Made by a program: the position numbers and the translations under genes. A model generated the notes under the pieces. It was given only the letters and a program-made list of their open reading frames with translations, did no database searches and was not told the DNA's origin. Shown piece after piece: positions 17,239-27,389 of a DNA stretch of 64,000 nucleotides (its first letter is position 1; each line of letters opens with the position of its first letter). This stretch comes from Thermoplasmata archaeon. Its GTDB lineage: Archaea; Thermoplasmatota; Thermoplasmata; Lutacidiplasmatales; UBA184. The stretch covers positions 102,542 through 166,541 of the forward strand of contig JAKIVS010000001.1 in the NCBI GenBank assembly GCA_022750435.1, written 5' to 3'.

Positions 17239-19344
17239 GTGTCGATGACGTTCTCGGACGGCCAACTCGAACTGGTGACCGTCCTCGCCGGGTTGCTCGC
17301 CCTCGCCTATGCTGGGGTCCAGACCGCGCTTCTCCTTCGTGAGGACGAAGGAACCGAGGAGATGCGCTCGATCGCGGCCGCCATCCGGGAGGGCGCGGTC
17401 GCCTTCCTGAAGCGCGAGTACACCGCCGTGTTCATCGTGGCCCTGGTGCTCGCGGTCGTCATCGCCTTCGCCTTCAACATCACCGGGGACGGCCCACGCC
17501 TCGCGGTCGGATTCCTGTTCGGAGCGGCGGGGTCGGCCCTCGCGGGCGCCATCGGCATGCTCGTCAGCGTCCGGGCGAACGTCCGGACGGCGGCCCACGC
17601 ACGGAAGGGAAACCTCGGCGAGACGATGCGCTACGCGTTCCGGGGGGGCTCGGTCACGGGCCTCTCGGTCGCCGGCCTGGCCCTGCTCGAGCTGGTCGGA
17701 TTCTACTGGGCGTTCGGCGGGAACGTCCTCCAGATGATCGGCCTCCTGTTCGGCGCTTCCCTGATGAGCCTGTTCGCGCGCGTCGGCGGCGGCATCTACA
17801 CGAAGGGCGCCGATGTCGGCGCCGACCTCGTCGGCAAGCTCGAGGCGGGGATCCCCGAGGACGACCCGCGCAACCCCGCGGTGATCGCGGACAACGTGGG
17901 CGACAACGTCGGGGACTGCGCCGGGATGGCCGCGGACCTGTTCGAGACCTACGTCGTCACCGCGGTCTCGGCGATGCTCCTCGCCAGCCTCATCCAACCC
18001 GTCACCGCGGCCTTCCCCCACGCGATTCTGTTCCCGCTCGTCATCTCCGCCTGGGCGATCGTGGCCACCATCATCGGCGGATTGTTCGTCCGGATGCGGC
18101 CGGGCGGCTCCATTATGGGGGCTCTCTACCAGGGGCTCGCGGCGACGACTGGGGTGGGCTTGGTCGGCCTCTACTTCCTCGACTCCGAACTGATGGGCGG
18201 CAGCCCGGGCATCTTCATCGCGACGGCGATCGGCCTCATTGTCATGGTCCTGATTGTCCTCAGCACGGACTACTACACCTCGTCGAGCTACAGCCCCGTC
18301 CACCGGATCGCCGAGTCAGCGCAGGCCGGCGCCGGTCCCACGGTGATCACGGGCCTCTCGGTCGGGCTCGAGTCCGCCTGGATCCCCGGCCTCGTCATCG
18401 TCGCCGGTACCTTGGGTGCCTACGCCGCCGTCGGGTGGACCGGCTGGGGAAACCCGATCAACAGCGAACTCGGACTCTACGGCATTGGCCTGGCCGCGGC
18501 GAGCATGCTCGCGGTGACCGGCATGATCATCTCGATCGACGCCTTCGGGCCGATCACCGACAACGCGGGCGGCATCGCGGAGATGGCCAAGTTGCCCGCC
18601 GAGGCCCGGGCGGTGACCGACCCCCTCGACGCGGTCGGGAACACGACGAAGGCGGTCACGAAGGGGTACGCGATCGGTTCGGCCGTACTGGCCGCCCTCG
18701 CGCTGTTCGCCGCCTACACGTTTGCCGCGGCGCAGCAGGCCGGGATTCCCTGGTCGAGCTTCACCAGCAACCTCACGATCGACAACCCGCTCGTCGTCTC
18801 GGGCCTGATCATCGGCGCGATTCTGCCGTTCTTCTTCACCTCGTTCCTGATGAACGCGGTCGGGGTCGCCGCTCAGGCGATCGTCTTCGAGGTCCGCCGC
18901 CAGTTCAAGGAGATCCCGGGCATCCTCGAGGGCACCGGCAAGCCGGAGTACGGAAAGTGCGTCTCCATCGTCACGGACACCGCCCTCCGCCAGCTCGCCG
19001 TCCCGGCGATCATCGGCGTCGCGACGCCGCTCGTCGTCGGCTTCCTCCTGGGGCCCGTCGCTCTTGCGGGTCTCCTGCTCGGCGTCATCCTCTCGGGCTT
19101 CCCGCTCGCGCTCACCATGACGACGGGTGGCGGCGCCTGGGACAACGGGAAGAAGTACATCGAGATGGGTCACTACGGCGGGAAACACTCGGACGCCCAC
19201 AAGGCGGCCGTGGTGGGCGACACCGTCGGCGACGCGACGAAGGATACCGCGGGTCCCGCCATCAACCCGCTGATCAAGGTCGTCAACACGATTTCGATCC
19301 TGTTCATCGCGCTGATCGTCGCGCACTCTCTCGTCGGGATCTAG
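17239..19344 (+). CDS. hppA: Membrane-bound proton-translocating pyrophosphatase, K+-independent type
   Basis: Full-length multi-TM protein with GGIYTKGADVGADLVGK, DNVGDNVGDCAGMAADLFE and DAVGNTTKAVTKGYAIGSA. Lys in GNTTKA marks the K+-independent class. Confidence 0.93.
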   Translation: MSMTFSDGQLELVTVLAGLLALAYAGVQTALLLREDEGTEEMRSIAAAIREGAVAFLKREYTAVFIVALVLAVVIAFAFNITGDGPRLAVGFLFGAAGSALAGAIGMLVSVRANVRTAAHARKGNLGETMRYAFRGGSVTGLSVAGLALLELVGFYWAFGGNVLQMIGLLFGASLMSLFARVGGGIYTKGADVGADLVGKLEAGIPEDDPRNPAVIADNVGDNVGDCAGMAADLFETYVVTAVSAMLLASLIQPVTAAFPHAILFPLVISAWAIVATIIGGLFVRMRPGGSIMGALYQGLAATTGVGLVGLYFLDSELMGGSPGIFIATAIGLIVMVLIVLSTDYYTSSSYSPVHRIAESAQAGAGPTVITGLSVGLESAWIPGLVIVAGTLGAYAAVGWTGWGNPINSELGLYGIGLAAASMLAVTGMIISIDAFGPITDNAGGIAEMAKLPAEARAVTDPLDAVGNTTKAVTKGYAIGSAVLAALALFAAYTFAAAQQAGIPWSSFTSNLTIDNPLVVSGLIIGAILPFFFTSFLMNAVGVAAQAIVFEVRRQFKEIPGILEGTGKPEYGKCVSIVTDTALRQLAVPAIIGVATPLVVGFLLGPVALAGLLLGVILSGFPLALTMTTGGGAWDNGKKYIEMGHYGGKHSDAHKAAVVGDTVGDATKDTAGPAINPLIKVVNTISILFIALIVAHSLVGI

Positions 19345-19492
19345 ACGGGCAATCCCCCCCTCCGGCTCTCGGGGCCCGGTCGACAGCCCCCCCGATTGCC
19401 GAGCGCCGCCCTCCCGTGCGTTGGCGGGAGGTTTTGTAGCCTCCTCCACGTTCCGTCGATGCCCCTCGTCCGGGGGTCCGGGGTAGAATCGC

Positions 19493-21454
19493 ATGTGGTA
19501 CGACGACCCGACGACCCAATTCGTGATCCTTCTCATCGTCGGACTGATCGTCCTCTGGCTCGTCGTCGCCGGATTCTTCCTGATCGCCGACAACCAGGTC
19601 GGCATTCTGACCCGCCGGGCGCTCGGCAAGCCGATGCCGCAGGGGCAGGTCATCGCCCGCCGCGGGCAGGTCGGCGTCCAGGCCGACACGCTCGTTCCCG
19701 GACTCTACTGGCGACTCCCGCTCGTCTGGCGCATCGAGAAGATGGAGATCATCAACATCCCCGATGGCCAGATCGGCGTGGTCGAGGCGATCGATGGCCA
19801 GCCGCTCCCGAAGGGGCGGGTCGTGGGCGACGAGGTCGAGTGCAACCAGTTCCAGGACGCCCGGATGTTCCTCGACGGTGACGGCTCGCCGACAGGCCGC
19901 CGGGGCCACAAGGGACCCCAGGGCGCTCTCCTCCGGCCGGGAAAGTACCGGATCAACACGCGACTCTTCCTCGTGGGCCTCCGGCCGGCGACCCTGATCA
20001 CGATCGGCTCCTTCGGAGTCGTCGTCGCCCAGGACGGCAAGCCGATGCCGTCGAACCTCCAGGTCGCCCCGCCCTCGAAGGGCGCCCACAGCTACTTCCA
20101 GAAGGGCCAGGAGTTCCTGGACGGCGAAGGCTACCGGGGTCCGCAGCTCGACACCCTTCAGGCCGGTTTGTATTACATCAATCCCCTCCTGTTCTCCGTT
20201 CAAGCCTACAAGCTCTACGAGGTGCCACCGGGGAGCGTTGCCGTGCTCCGGTCGAACGTCGGCGCCGAGCTGACGAGGACGACGGAAGTCCCGATCCCCG
20301 TCGGCGACCCGACCCGCTCGATCACTACCGCGCCGCTCCACGAGGACGTGGAGATGCTGGTCCCCCTGACCACCGACAAGGGGGTTCGGGGCATCTACAA
20401 GGAGCCGCTCGCCCCGGGCGTCTACAACCTCAACCCGGTCGCCTACACCGCCTACCTGGTGCCGACGAGCGCCGTCATGATCGACTGGGCCGACGAACCC
20501 AACCGAGGCGGTGACGAACAGCGGGAGCTGTTCCAGTTCGGGTCCCTCGGGGTCACGTCGAAGGACGGGTTTGCCATCGCCGTCGAGGTCCGCCTGGTGA
20601 CCCGCATCGACCCTGCGAATGCCGCGTTCATCATCGCCCGGTTCGGGTCGGTCCGGGGGCTCATCGAGCAGATCATCCACCCGGTGATCGACGCCGAGTT
20701 CCGCAACAACGCCGGGAGCAAGAAAGCCCTCGAGTTCGTCCAGAGCCGGACGGACCTCCAGAAGGAGGCCCTCGACAAGGCGAAGGACGCGTTCGGGAAG
20801 TACAACGTCGAGGCCCAGAACCTGCTGATCAGCCAGATCAAGATGCCGCCGGAGCTGATGGCGACCCAGACCCAGAAGGAGATCGCCATGCAGCAGCAGG
20901 CGCAGTACGAGGAGCAAGCCAAGGCTGCGAACAAGCAGATTGCGGTCCAGGAAATGCTCGCCCGGGCGGCAAAGCAACCGGAGGTCGTGGCCGCCCTGCT
21001 CCAGATCGACATCAACAAGAACCGCGCCTCGGCGATGGTCGAGGAGGCGAACGGGATCCGGGACTCCACCCGCATCAAGGCTGAGGGAGACAAGTCGGCC
21101 CTCGTCCTGATCGGCGACGGAGAGGGGACCAAAGCGGCAGCCATCGGAGCGGGAGAGGCGAAGGCCGTCGAAGCCGTCGGTCTCGCCCAGGGGCGCGCCT
21201 ACCAGGCCCAGACCGAGGTTCTCGGTCCGGACAAGGTCGCCCTGGTCCGCGTGATGGAGGCGGTCCGCGACGGGAAGATCGCAATCACGCCGACGACCCT
21301 ATTCCAGATGGGCGGGGAGAAGGACGGCGGTTCGGCCGGAACCTTGCTGACCGCGTACTTCGCGCGCGTGCTTGCCGGCATGGACGTCCCGGCCTCGAGT
21401 TCCGCCCCAAGCGCACCGGCACCGAGCGCCCCGTCCTCGTCGTCGAAGAAGTAG
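19493..21454 (+). CDS. SPFH/Band-7 flotillin-like membrane protein
   Basis: N-terminal TM, SPFH core, long Ala/Glu/Gln-rich coiled-coil flotillin tail (KEIAMQQQAQYEEQAKAANKQIAVQEML...), Ser/Ala/Pro-rich C-terminus. Confidence 0.8.
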   Translation: MWYDDPTTQFVILLIVGLIVLWLVVAGFFLIADNQVGILTRRALGKPMPQGQVIARRGQVGVQADTLVPGLYWRLPLVWRIEKMEIINIPDGQIGVVEAIDGQPLPKGRVVGDEVECNQFQDARMFLDGDGSPTGRRGHKGPQGALLRPGKYRINTRLFLVGLRPATLITIGSFGVVVAQDGKPMPSNLQVAPPSKGAHSYFQKGQEFLDGEGYRGPQLDTLQAGLYYINPLLFSVQAYKLYEVPPGSVAVLRSNVGAELTRTTEVPIPVGDPTRSITTAPLHEDVEMLVPLTTDKGVRGIYKEPLAPGVYNLNPVAYTAYLVPTSAVMIDWADEPNRGGDEQRELFQFGSLGVTSKDGFAIAVEVRLVTRIDPANAAFIIARFGSVRGLIEQIIHPVIDAEFRNNAGSKKALEFVQSRTDLQKEALDKAKDAFGKYNVEAQNLLISQIKMPPELMATQTQKEIAMQQQAQYEEQAKAANKQIAVQEMLARAAKQPEVVAALLQIDINKNRASAMVEEANGIRDSTRIKAEGDKSALVLIGDGEGTKAAAIGAGEAKAVEAVGLAQGRAYQAQTEVLGPDKVALVRVMEAVRDGKIAITPTTLFQMGGEKDGGSAGTLLTAYFARVLAGMDVPASSSAPSAPAPSAPSSSSKK

Positions 21455-21462
21455 ACAGCATT

Positions 21463-21502
21463 CGGCCCGCGGAGTAGGGACGCGGGCCGCCGGACCGGCG
21501 GC
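21463..21502. terminator. Two overlapping GC-rich hairpins between convergent genes
   Basis: CGGCCCGCG-9 nt-CGCGGGCCG (9 bp) and GCCGCCGG-A-CCGGCGGC (8 bp). No T-tract. Confidence 0.35.
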
Positions 21503-21522
21503 GTCGATTCGTTGGAGCCGCG

Positions 21523-21885
21523 CTACGCGTAGTGGCTCATCGTCGACCGCTCTTTCTTGGACTCGCGCGCCTGCTCGCCCTTCTCTTCGGCGCGGCGCTC
21601 CTTCTCGCACTCTCCTTCGTTCACCCAGAGGAATTCGACGTCCTCCGGATGGTCGTGGGAGATGAACGCGCCCGCCTCGAAGGCGGAGCAGAGCAACTCC
21701 TCGAGGTTGTCCGAGTCCGTCCCCTCGAGCCGTCCCGCGGTCCGCCAGTACCAGTCGGGAGCCTTCCCCGCGGCCTGCAGATACTCGGTGATGAGGTCGT
21801 AGATCGAAGCGTGCTCGTCGCGGAGCCGGACGTGCAGATGTTTCTGCTCCGCCTCGGGGCTCTCCGCGGCGGGGGACTCGGCCAT
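21523..21885 (-). CDS. Hypothetical acidic protein
   Basis: ORF with a TATA-like box (GTTATAGG on the minus strand) about 25 nt upstream of the ATG. No recognisable family. Confidence 0.5.
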   Translation of the reverse strand: MAESPAAESPEAEQKHLHVRLRDEHASIYDLITEYLQAAGKAPDWYWRTAGRLEGTDSDNLEELLCSAFEAGAFISHDHPEDVEFLWVNEGECEKERRAEEKGEQARESKKERSTMSHYA

Positions 21886-22014
21886 CGCCCGTCCGAGTCG
21901 GGCACGGCCTATAACTCCTCCCGAGGTCGCGGGCGAAGATCGGCGCGTCAGCGTTCGTCGGGCCGGCCGGTCGTATCCTTCATCTAACTCCGGGCGTCTC
22001 GCGTCCTCGGAACC

Positions 22015-22383
22015 TTGTACAGCCCCATCCCCATGCCGGTCGCGGTCCCGGCGGCGTCGCAGACGACGGGTCGGTACGCTTACCTCGTCGGGCGACTGCG
22101 CAGCCGCCAGATCACGATGGAGGAGGCGACCGAATTGTTCGCCCTCCAGCAGACCATGATCGCCCGGGCCTCGGTGATGAACAACCCACCGCCTCCGCCT
22201 CCGGCCGCGCCGCAGGATTCGACGGTGGCGACCCCGCCCCCGCGGAACGTTCCGGCGGGAGGGGGGGGCCTCCCGGTCAACGACGAGACGATCACCCTCG
22301 CCCTCCTCGGAATGGGGGTCGGCGCGGGACTCCTCGCCGCGGTCCTCAAGCGCGCCCGAGATGGTCCGAAACCGCCCGGGTAG
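22015..22383 (+). CDS. Hypothetical membrane protein (SHOCT-like N-terminus, Pro-rich linker, C-terminal TM)
   Basis: GRLRSRQITMEEATELF is SHOCT-like. PPPPPPAAP linker. TM LALLGMGVGAGLLAAVL. Start is TTG 22015 or ATG 22033. Confidence 0.5.
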   Translation: MYSPIPMPVAVPAASQTTGRYAYLVGRLRSRQITMEEATELFALQQTMIARASVMNNPPPPPPAAPQDSTVATPPPRNVPAGGGGLPVNDETITLALLGMGVGAGLLAAVLKRARDGPKPPG

Positions 22384-22391
22384 CGGCTTCC

Positions 22392-23675
22392 ATGTCCGGG
22401 AAGCCGTTCCGATTCGCCCACCTCGCCGACGCGCACGTCGGCGCCTGGTCGAGGGACCTCGCGATCCGGGACGCCCTCCGGGAGAGCGTCCTGACGGCCC
22501 TGCGGACCGTCCGGGAGCGGGACTGCGATTTCCTGCTCGTTTCGGGTGACCTGTTCCACACGCCGGTCCCGGACCCGGCGGAGGCCGCCCCAGTCGCAGC
22601 GGCCCTGAAGGACCTGGTCGACGACGGGCGACGGATCTACACCATCTACGGGTCGCACGATTACGTTGCGCACCGAACGAGCTGGCTCGACGTCCTCGCG
22701 GAGACCGGGCTGTTCCTCCGGGCGGCGCCGGAGGCGGTCCGGGCCGAGGGGGACCGATGGACCCTCCCCTTCCTCACCGATGAGGAAACGGGGGCCCGGA
22801 TCGCCGGCATCTCCGGCCGTTCGCACGGTCTCGACCGGGCGTACTTCCTCGGAGTAGACTCGGAGGCGTTCCGGGCCGCTCCGGGCTTCAAGATCTTCCA
22901 GTTCCACGCGGCGATCCAGGAGTATCTGCCGGACCATCTTCAAGCGCACATCCGGGGAATCTCGGTCGACGACCTTCCCGGTGGCTGCGACTACTACGCC
23001 GGGGGCCACATCCACCGGTCGTACTCCGGTCGCGGTCCGGAGGGCGCAGGTCTTCTCGTCAATCCGGGGGCGGTGTTCGGCACCTCGGTCACCGACGTCG
23101 AGGACGGATTGGCCGGGCGTTCCCACCGCGGGCTCGTGATCGTCGACGTCACCGACGGACGACCGACGGTGGAGTGGGTCCGCACGACGCCCACGGTGCC
23201 GATCAAGGTCCTCGACGTCGACGTCGATGGGCAGTCGGCGGCGACCGCCCAGGCCGAGATCGCGGCGCTCGTCGAGCGAGAGAGCGTTCCTGGCGCGATT
23301 CTCTTCCCCCGGGTTCACGGGACGCTTTCGGACGGCTCTCTCGGTTCGCTGGGCCTCGGCCGTTGGCGCGCGGGAGCGTCCGCGGCCGCAACCGTGCACT
23401 GGGACCTGGGGGACGCGCAATCGGCGAACGCGCAGGACGTCGGCGTCGAGGGCGACGAGACCCGGCTGGAGGGCGAGACGTTCCACCGTTTGTCCGAGGA
23501 TGCGTCCATCACCCCAGTTGAACTCGCCGGGGCGACCGGCGAACGGCGCCTCAAGGAGCTGTTCGAGGCGCTCGGCTCCGCACGTTCCGAAGGGGAGGCG
23601 AAGTCGGACTACGAGCGGCTCCGGCGGTCCGCCGCGTACCGGGCCCTCGGCCTCGAGGACGAAGAGCGGACGTGA
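22392..23675 (+). CDS. mre11: DNA double-strand break repair nuclease Mre11
   Basis: Calcineurin-like phosphoesterase motifs HLADAHVG, VSGDLFH, GSHD, GGHIH. GTGA start/stop overlap with rad50. Confidence 0.88.
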   Translation: MSGKPFRFAHLADAHVGAWSRDLAIRDALRESVLTALRTVRERDCDFLLVSGDLFHTPVPDPAEAAPVAAALKDLVDDGRRIYTIYGSHDYVAHRTSWLDVLAETGLFLRAAPEAVRAEGDRWTLPFLTDEETGARIAGISGRSHGLDRAYFLGVDSEAFRAAPGFKIFQFHAAIQEYLPDHLQAHIRGISVDDLPGGCDYYAGGHIHRSYSGRGPEGAGLLVNPGAVFGTSVTDVEDGLAGRSHRGLVIVDVTDGRPTVEWVRTTPTVPIKVLDVDVDGQSAATAQAEIAALVERESVPGAILFPRVHGTLSDGSLGSLGLGRWRAGASAAATVHWDLGDAQSANAQDVGVEGDETRLEGETFHRLSEDASITPVELAGATGERRLKELFEALGSARSEGEAKSDYERLRRSAAYRALGLEDEERT

Positions 23676-26290
23676 CGCTGCATCTCGCGAAGCTCTCCCT
23701 CCGGAACGTCCGGAGCTACGAGTCCGCCGAGATCGAATTCGGACCCGGGGTCACGGTCCTCGTCGGCGACGTCGGCTCTGGCAAGACCAGCCTCCTCCAC
23801 GCCATCGAGATGGCGCTGTTCGGCTTTGCCGAGGTCGAAGCGCCCTACCTCGTTCGGCACAAGTCCGGGGCCGCCTCCGTCACTCTCACCCTGACCGACG
23901 GCGAACATTCCTACGAGCTTGCCCGGACGTTCCGCCGCAAGACCCGCAAGGGCCGGGAAGTGTTCGAGCCGGAGGAACCCTCGTTCCGGGTCGACGGGGA
24001 GCTCCGAACCTACTCGGCGACCGAGTTTCGCCAGCGAGTGATTGAGCTCCTTGGATTCCCGGACAATCCGAATCCACGCTCCCGGTCCGACCTGTGGCGG
24101 TGGGCGGTGTACACGCCGCAAGAGCGGATGCGGGAGATCCTTCGGGAGGACGAGGCCGACGCTCGGCTGGAAACCATCCGTAAGGCGCTCGGGCTGGAGC
24201 GGTATCGACTCGCCGCCGACAACGCCGAGATGCTCGCGACCGCACTCCGGGCGCGGGCGAGAACGTACGCCGACGTCGCCCGCGGACTCCAGCACTTCGA
24301 GGCCGACCTCGCGAAGGCGGAGGGGGACCTTACCGCATCGACGACCGCCCTGGCCGACGCCGAGGGTCGGGCCGCGGAGAGCCGGCGCACGGCGTCGGAG
24401 GTCGAGGAGCTCCTCGCCGCGTCGGAGGCCGGGCGCCGGGCCCGCGAGGCCGACCAGCGAGAGTGGGAGCAACGGAATCAGGACCGTGGTCGCCTGGAAG
24501 TTGCTCTGGCGGCCACCTCCCGTCGAGTGACGGCCGCCCGCACCGAGGCCGACGAACGCCAGCGAGCGGTCGATGCCCTCGAGGAGCTCGGGCCTCGCGT
24601 GGACGAGGCACGACGGACGGCATCGGAGGCCGACCGTGCGTGGAGCACGGCCCGCGCCGAGCTCGAGGGCCTCGATCGGGCGGCCAAGGAGCTAGCGGCC
24701 GCCCAGCACGCGACCGCCTCGGTGCGGAACGCGCTGCACGAGCTGGAGCGCACGGCGGGGGCGAACCGGGAGGAGCTCGGGCGAGCCGAACAGGAGGCCG
24801 CGGAGGCGCTCGGATCCGGTCCGGCCAGGGAGCCGGTCGCGCCGACCCCGCGAACTGTGGACGAGCTCTCGCTGTCGATCCAGGAGCTGCGGGTCGAGGA
24901 GCAGACCCGAGTCCGAGAGTCGAGCGTCCGGGACACTGAGGAGCGGGAACTCTCGTTGCTCATCGCGGGCAAGAGTTGTCCGCGGTGCCACCAGACGGTG
25001 CGTCCGGAGGAGTTCGCCTCGCACCAAGCCGAGGCGAAGCGGGCCGCGGGCGACGCCTCGGAGCTCCTCCGCGAGACGAAGTTCCGTCTCGCCGCCGCCG
25101 AAGGGGAACGCGCGTCTCGCGAACGCTTCGATCGGGCTCACCAGAGTTGGAAGGCTCGGCACGAGCTTCGGACCCGGGCATCGTCGGCGGTGACCCGGGC
25201 CAGGGATCGGGTCGCCGCCGACTCGCAGTCGAGAGCCCAGCTCGCTTCGCAACTCACCGAGGCGGAGGGCACGGAGCGACGGGCCACGGAGCGAGCCGCC
25301 CCCTACGCCGCCGCGCGCACGGTCGTCGTCGAACGCGAGGTCCTGCGCGAGCGAACGCGGGGAGCGCTCGTCGAGCTCGAGCGCCGCACCGCCGCATCAG
25401 CCAGCCTTCGCGATGCGCTGCAGACATCGCGCAGTCACGCCGACGCCGAGGCGCAGCGTCAGGGAGAGGAACAACGGGATCTGGCCGAGGTCGTACGGGT
25501 CCTCGAACGATTGGCGACGACGCTCCTGGGTGCCTCCGAGGCGAACCGCGCCCATGCGGAGCTCCTGGCCCGTCGCGACGCGGCCCGCCGGGCCGAACAA
25601 GGCGCCGCCGTAGCGCTGGCGGGGGCTCGGGAGCGGCGGGGGTTCGCCGAAGAGCGGCAGGCGGCAGCCCGGAAGGGCGTCGCCGAACGGCGGGAGCATC
25701 TCGACCGGTCCGAACGGTTCCTGGCTATCGCCACCTTCGTGGCGACACCGTATCGCGATGCTTTGCTTGACCTGGAACGACGTCTCCTCGGGCGGGCTCA
25801 GGCGACGTTCGAGCGGAGCTTTGCGCGCGCCTTCTCAATGTTGGTGGAGGACCCGGGGCTCTTGGCCCGGTGCGGACCGTCGTTCGTACCGTTCGTGGAG
25901 ATCGACGGCGAGTGGACGCCCGCCGAGGCGCTGAGCGGCGGAGAGCGGACCGCGCTCGCGCTCGCCTTCCGTGTGGCGCTCGGGGACGTGGTCCGGGCCT
26001 CCGGACGCTTGCGGCTCGATACGATCGTACTCGACGAACCGACCGACGGCTTCTCTCCGGAGCAGGTCGGCCGGATGGGCGAGTTGTTGCGCTCCCTCCC
26101 CTGGGGACAGGTCCTGGTAGTGACGCATGAGGCGAGCCTCGCGGGCGTGGCCGACCGGACCGTCCGCGTGACGAAGGTCGGCGGCCTCTCGCACCTTGAG
26201 GGGTCCGGGGGTGTATCCCCCCCCGAACCGGCCCCGACGCGACGCCGAATGGCGACCCGCCTCGATCCGGTTGCCCCGCCGCCTACGTGA
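23672..26290 (+). CDS. rad50: DNA double-strand break repair ATPase Rad50
   Basis: Walker A GDVGSGKTS, long Ala/Glu/Arg coiled coil, zinc hook CPRCHQ, signature LSGGERTALALAF, Walker B IVLDEPTDGF. Confidence 0.92.
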   Translation: MTLHLAKLSLRNVRSYESAEIEFGPGVTVLVGDVGSGKTSLLHAIEMALFGFAEVEAPYLVRHKSGAASVTLTLTDGEHSYELARTFRRKTRKGREVFEPEEPSFRVDGELRTYSATEFRQRVIELLGFPDNPNPRSRSDLWRWAVYTPQERMREILREDEADARLETIRKALGLERYRLAADNAEMLATALRARARTYADVARGLQHFEADLAKAEGDLTASTTALADAEGRAAESRRTASEVEELLAASEAGRRAREADQREWEQRNQDRGRLEVALAATSRRVTAARTEADERQRAVDALEELGPRVDEARRTASEADRAWSTARAELEGLDRAAKELAAAQHATASVRNALHELERTAGANREELGRAEQEAAEALGSGPAREPVAPTPRTVDELSLSIQELRVEEQTRVRESSVRDTEERELSLLIAGKSCPRCHQTVRPEEFASHQAEAKRAAGDASELLRETKFRLAAAEGERASRERFDRAHQSWKARHELRTRASSAVTRARDRVAADSQSRAQLASQLTEAEGTERRATERAAPYAAARTVVVEREVLRERTRGALVELERRTAASASLRDALQTSRSHADAEAQRQGEEQRDLAEVVRVLERLATTLLGASEANRAHAELLARRDAARRAEQGAAVALAGARERRGFAEERQAAARKGVAERREHLDRSERFLAIATFVATPYRDALLDLERRLLGRAQATFERSFARAFSMLVEDPGLLARCGPSFVPFVEIDGEWTPAEALSGGERTALALAFRVALGDVVRASGRLRLDTIVLDEPTDGFSPEQVGRMGELLRSLPWGQVLVVTHEASLAGVADRTVRVTKVGGLSHLEGSGGVSPPEPAPTRRRMATRLDPVAPPPT

Positions 26291-27389
26291 GCCAGACCCG
26301 GAACTCGGCGTCGTCCCAGGGCGGGGTCTCCGCGAGCTTCAGGTTCTCGGCGAGGTGCTCGGGGCTCTTCTGCCCCACCAGGGCGGCGAGAGTCCCCGGG
26401 GCCGAGCGCGCGAATTGGAGGGCGGTCTGAGCCGCCGTCAGGGACTCGGCTTCCGGCCCTTCTCGGGCGAGCTGCCCCTGGAACAACGGCACGCTCGTGA
26501 ACGTTCCGAGGCCGAGCTTGCGGACGGCGTCGAAGAGGGAGAGACGTTCCCCACCGGCCGTCTGGGTGCGCAACCGGACCGCCTCGGGCATCGCGAGATT
26601 GAACGGAAATTGGACGTAGCGGAACCCGTGGTCCTTCCCACCGACCGTCTCGGCGAGCCGGACGACCTCCTCCAGCTCGAGGTGGCCCGCCTCGCTCCGC
26701 GGCACGCGGAGGCAGTCCCAGGTGGCGATTCCGTACGCCCCCAAGTCGCCCCGATCCCGGAGGGATTCGTAGAACGTGAACGCCGTCTCGAGCCGTTGGT
26801 AGAACTCGTCGTGGCCCACCACCGGGAGTTGCGCGTCCCCGGCGTTGTGGAGGTACATCAGATCGATCGAGGCGAGTCCGAGGTTCTTCTGCGACCGAGC
26901 GAACTGGTCGGCGAGGAAGGCCCGACTCATCGCGTGGCTTCCGTCGACGATGTCCGACGGTCGGAGGATCCCGGGCCGAAGCAGCTCGCGCTCGATCCAC
27001 GGTTGGGGCCCCACGTCGGCCTCTCCATCGGGCGCCAAGTAGCCGTTCTTCGTCGAGACGAAGATCTCGTCCCGGGCGACGACGGAATCGGAGATCGCCC
27101 GTCCCAGGGAGCGACCGATCGAACGCTCGGCTCGCTGGTACCGGTAGTTGATCGCGGTGTCGAGGACGTTGATGCGTCCGGAGGCAAGGCACAGACCGAC
27201 CGCCTGCTCGACCGCGAGGTCCGTGGGAGCGTCCGGCCGACCGATGTAGGTCCCGAGGCCGATCGAGGAGAGCTGAAGCCCCCCCGGTGCCGACCGGAAG
27301 TGGGTTGCCGGAAGCTTCCGACGGCCCATGCCGCGGTCCCGGAACCGGGCAGTCCCGGCGGCCGTCGCCAGTCCGGAAATGGCGGCCAC
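26283..27389 (-). CDS. Aldo/keto reductase family oxidoreductase
   Basis: LGLGTY..., VLDTAINYRYQRAERSIG, MYLHN, AKR C-terminal pattern. Confidence 0.8.
   Translation of the reverse strand: MAAISGLATAAGTARFRDRGMGRRKLPATHFRSAPGGLQLSSIGLGTYIGRPDAPTDLAVEQAVGLCLASGRINVLDTAINYRYQRAERSIGRSLGRAISDSVVARDEIFVSTKNGYLAPDGEADVGPQPWIERELLRPGILRPSDIVDGSHAMSRAFLADQFARSQKNLGLASIDLMYLHNAGDAQLPVVGHDEFYQRLETAFTFYESLRDRGDLGAYGIATWDCLRVPRSEAGHLELEEVVRLAETVGGKDHGFRYVQFPFNLAMPEAVRLRTQTAGGERLSLFDAVRKLGLGTFTSVPLFQGQLAREGPEAESLTAAQTALQFARSAPGTLAALVGQKSPEHLAENLKLAETPPWDDAEFRVWLT

Noticed and set aside
17074-20977. Long minus-strand ORFs (17074-18303, 18316-19689, 19304-20977) antisense to hppA and the flotillin gene
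   Set aside because: Arg/Asp/Gly/Pro-rich low-complexity translations lying entirely opposite strongly recognised genes. These are typical shadow ORFs of high-GC DNA.
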